Part shown: positions 63,601 through 64,000 of the stretch, in pieces | Position numbering within the stretch: position 1 is the first letter of the stretch | Layout of the letters: each line of letters starts with the position of its first letter | DNA from: Zygnema circumcarinatum SAG 698-1b | Taxonomy: Eukaryota > Plantae > Zygnematophyceae | Direction of reading: 5' to 3' | Length of the DNA stretch: 64,000 nt | Assembly: GCA_037447605.1 (NCBI GenBank) | Contig: CM074804.1 | Span: forward strand, 4,813,909-4,877,908 | The notes under the pieces: model-generated | What the model saw: only the letters and a program-made list of their open reading frames with translations | What the model was told of the DNA's origin: nothing | Databases searched by the model: none | Program-made: the position numbers and the translations under genes

Positions 63601-63880
63601 CTACAACGGGCTTCCTAACTGTGTATTGGATGGCAACCAAGACATGCAAACAGATGTCAAGGAATCAAATACGACTCTCGAAAAAAATGCCGACTCCAAA
63701 TCGGCCGTACAACATGGGATTCCGGAACAGATTGGACCGACTTCTGAATCGTCCAAAGCCATTGTTGGAGTAGACAGCCTGAACGACTGGCAAGGAGGAA
63801 GCATTTCAGAACTTAACATGCATTCCATATCAGGTGAAAATCCCAGTGTTTGTAAGCACATGTATGATGCACTTAGTTAA
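57695..63880 (+). CDS. Very large Glu-rich, probably disordered protein (2061 codons in one exon); likely continues by splicing beyond the window
   Basis: Uninterrupted 6.2-kb ORF with strong GAR codon bias. Candidate acceptor GGCAG| at 57686 just upstream of the ATG. Candidate donor T|GTAAGC at 63852, 29 nt before the end of the ORF. No folded domain recognised. Confidence 0.8.
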   Translation: MMAGDQGDAVAMGDDWRKESTGDIVDLNSQGKGGAFELSSGHSESVSAKVDGCDEAQVGREAESKGDEVEGEKEETGFEAESVKRRLAEWGSVRANHVEIESNAGAKEELSSLVNSSVERNNFDMSIQVSEEGVNARGAEEELRCTGQSEGAKRAMELQMEEAGGINVKEMNRSEEEPDIQDAIVVDESEKLEAGERAKERHSRSEDFQKTSAEAEVCQEVVDLQEKNQEGKREGEDMQAEDGEKKAGGGEIKRAELDMAKWEAEQVKEDFQQRLRENRDSAQVHESEEQNESYKISFVANETPQLKEGQEKVESVYEEIGDKEIKIEGKPPKAAVEEKEQNLGGEGIEQKMIEEERLETSEEESNCQDEGIAYKARNGHEKDEMEQEGERELEQNGTETEFGSKETELQLKDTESEAKVLLDLPELEKIEVKEATWKSEGGAGEREDGKSLLDGNAEAKETEVEQALEGREAEQKLREEKSTLIAGMLQPEEAEGEVEQGMEELRSERKQVLAEEDEQMQEEVARLEYNEVELKATNMENGANLVDKHAPLDVEARLEDKEKMQSEIDMAVGRRDKEGEDERQKKAEDKGRIGIEKRIQGVGNPEGNLEEQTAQLHVEDREEMRVMAEKEDMYEVQEVQEKVESVYEDIGDKEIKIEGKPPKAVVEEKEQNMGAEGIEQKMIEEERLETSEEESNGQEEGIAYKARNEHEKAEMEQEGERELEQNGTGTEFGSKETELQLKDREIEAKVLLDQPELEEIEVKEATWESEGAGEREDGKSLLDGNAEAKEAEVEQALEEREAEQKLRVEKPTVIAGMLQPEEAEGEVEQGMEELRSERKQVLAEEDEQMKRQEEVAQLGYNEVELEAANMKNGASLVDRHAPLDVEARLVEILEAKEKMQSEVDMAVERIDREGEDERQKKAEDKGRIGIEKRMQGVGNPEGNLEEQTAQLHVEDREEMRVMAEKEDMYEVQEIGDNVNVTIKRDESQNSFRDTNQELEESFTEQDVKKEEHEKEVVKRIVELEPGEREVEEKGEEEVQEKGVDKRLREQISEMVVSDMKASLGLNEEVDKQLEEEHNPLEGDVVLEAIVETPAPGVEELGEKGKMLKSELELWKIEFTDSETQIETEKEGRVDVKEAGDMEKLADLDLVMEEDESEQLKVKGERDLERTGLIPFNQKEAVSEVEMTEDELAEGKAEFVVSHAENDKYKQSKEVREMANFHGRQEFQPEVDDGEVKGRSKSEDLESEGQEMSETLDLEQRKKPEGELSIDNGTVTAQIEVLEVADRLCEDNCADAQVAKCAVDFDDQPPQLEVKENHGEDNMAELAQAEVKETEADGGVAGKDTEQPSRTDVRVDESSTECLSYQQEEEKDFVNVIGISEKELEGEPSESEEKGGARNEVIVQNGQVEEREREVKLTGAELVNEEVSAQQQYAGKIHVVEVVRENILIELETDRRKLEVAQEWNEMSVADQNLQNDIETTESKWTQEEKQVQPDLRDVGQEASGQQDQVKVVEKLGDKILEQGNIGRTQDEEFTRIRLVETAGKESVDEPTSREAIKLLTEVGREEEAVEEKHQLELRTSEANHSIEEAQFVKKLTDIAVGKRESELAVEGTEPQQQQSPLVENTEATNGLSHPELKEEEQELKIDERTPEAGIQENQVQQQKGLEWDVSRNAEVIGLQAGEVESREVQAIYTVQKGNVDVEGKAQDSDLQETKVESVKDSDDNLAVGDKIADENITLVALGDMTTFHEVQERRPKNQDQELVTDRTDLPGGSRQMNEDATSLEGFQRIAKVGETASEREIIVFVETEEGETERAINIANEPQNHPAIKGSALGYDDGVENAALAYDRTVAEFEEGAMVSERGEAGDIMSMETGVGMAGRTREQSSGLLDGVDGHGKVKLANCDRKEDATVDIEAVQATVHMEGSSEKGVATRVPEREAEKSNDVAEDDVQAVVEEVIKILQSDAAAEGYNGLPNCVLDGNQDMQTDVKESNTTLEKNADSKSAVQHGIPEQIGPTSESSKAIVGVDSLNDWQGGSISELNMHSISGENPSVCKHMYDALS
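58621..60612 (+). repeat. In-frame tandem duplication of about 990 bp (about 330 aa) inside the acidic ORF
   Basis: GCAGGAAAAAGTTGAGAGTGTGTATGAGGA starts at both 58621 and 59611. Both copies end ..GAAGATATGTATGAAGTGCA. All indels between copies are multiples of 3. Confidence 0.95.
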
Positions 63881-64000
63881 AACGACAAGATTCATGCAAC
63901 TCTGGTTCAGCCATGATGTGCTTTTGTTGCCAACTTCATGCCCTTGTCAATGCCAACCTACGCAAAGTACGCGTGTTTAATTCTTCCACTGACATCATGC

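Overview
This is eukaryotic nuclear DNA from an intron-dense green plant lineage. Plant-type CDPKs, a beta-amylase, a PRISE/VEP1 gene, an At4g18810 homologue and telo-boxes point to a streptophyte; an alga or bryophyte-grade organism is my inference. Nine spliced or long protein-coding genes can be reconstructed with GT-AG introns: an At4g18810-like NAD(P)-binding/CIA30 protein (-), RPF1 (+), CWC21 (-), CDPK-A (-), a GH14 beta-amylase (+), CDPK-B (+, inverted paralogue of CDPK-A), a PRISE/VEP1-like reductase (-), NSUN6 (-) and a class IV SIRT7-like sirtuin (+). A tenth gene is a 2061-codon Glu-rich ORF with a 990-bp internal duplication that probably splices beyond the window. Intergenic DNA holds non-autonomous DNA transposons with readable ends: two hAT MITEs sharing a TTCCGA target core, three long-TIR elements with 8-bp TSDs, and a Tc1/pogo-like MITE nested in the last bases of one of them. 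A degenerate repeat module recurs about six times. The most unusual items are the SIRT7-like sirtuin with about 400 extra codons inside its Zn-binding module (head-to-head with NSUN6), the long-TIR family with shared cargo, and the giant acidic ORF. No prokaryotic systems, CRISPR arrays, tRNA or rRNA genes were found. Homology calls rest on motif recognition by eye; no searches were run.
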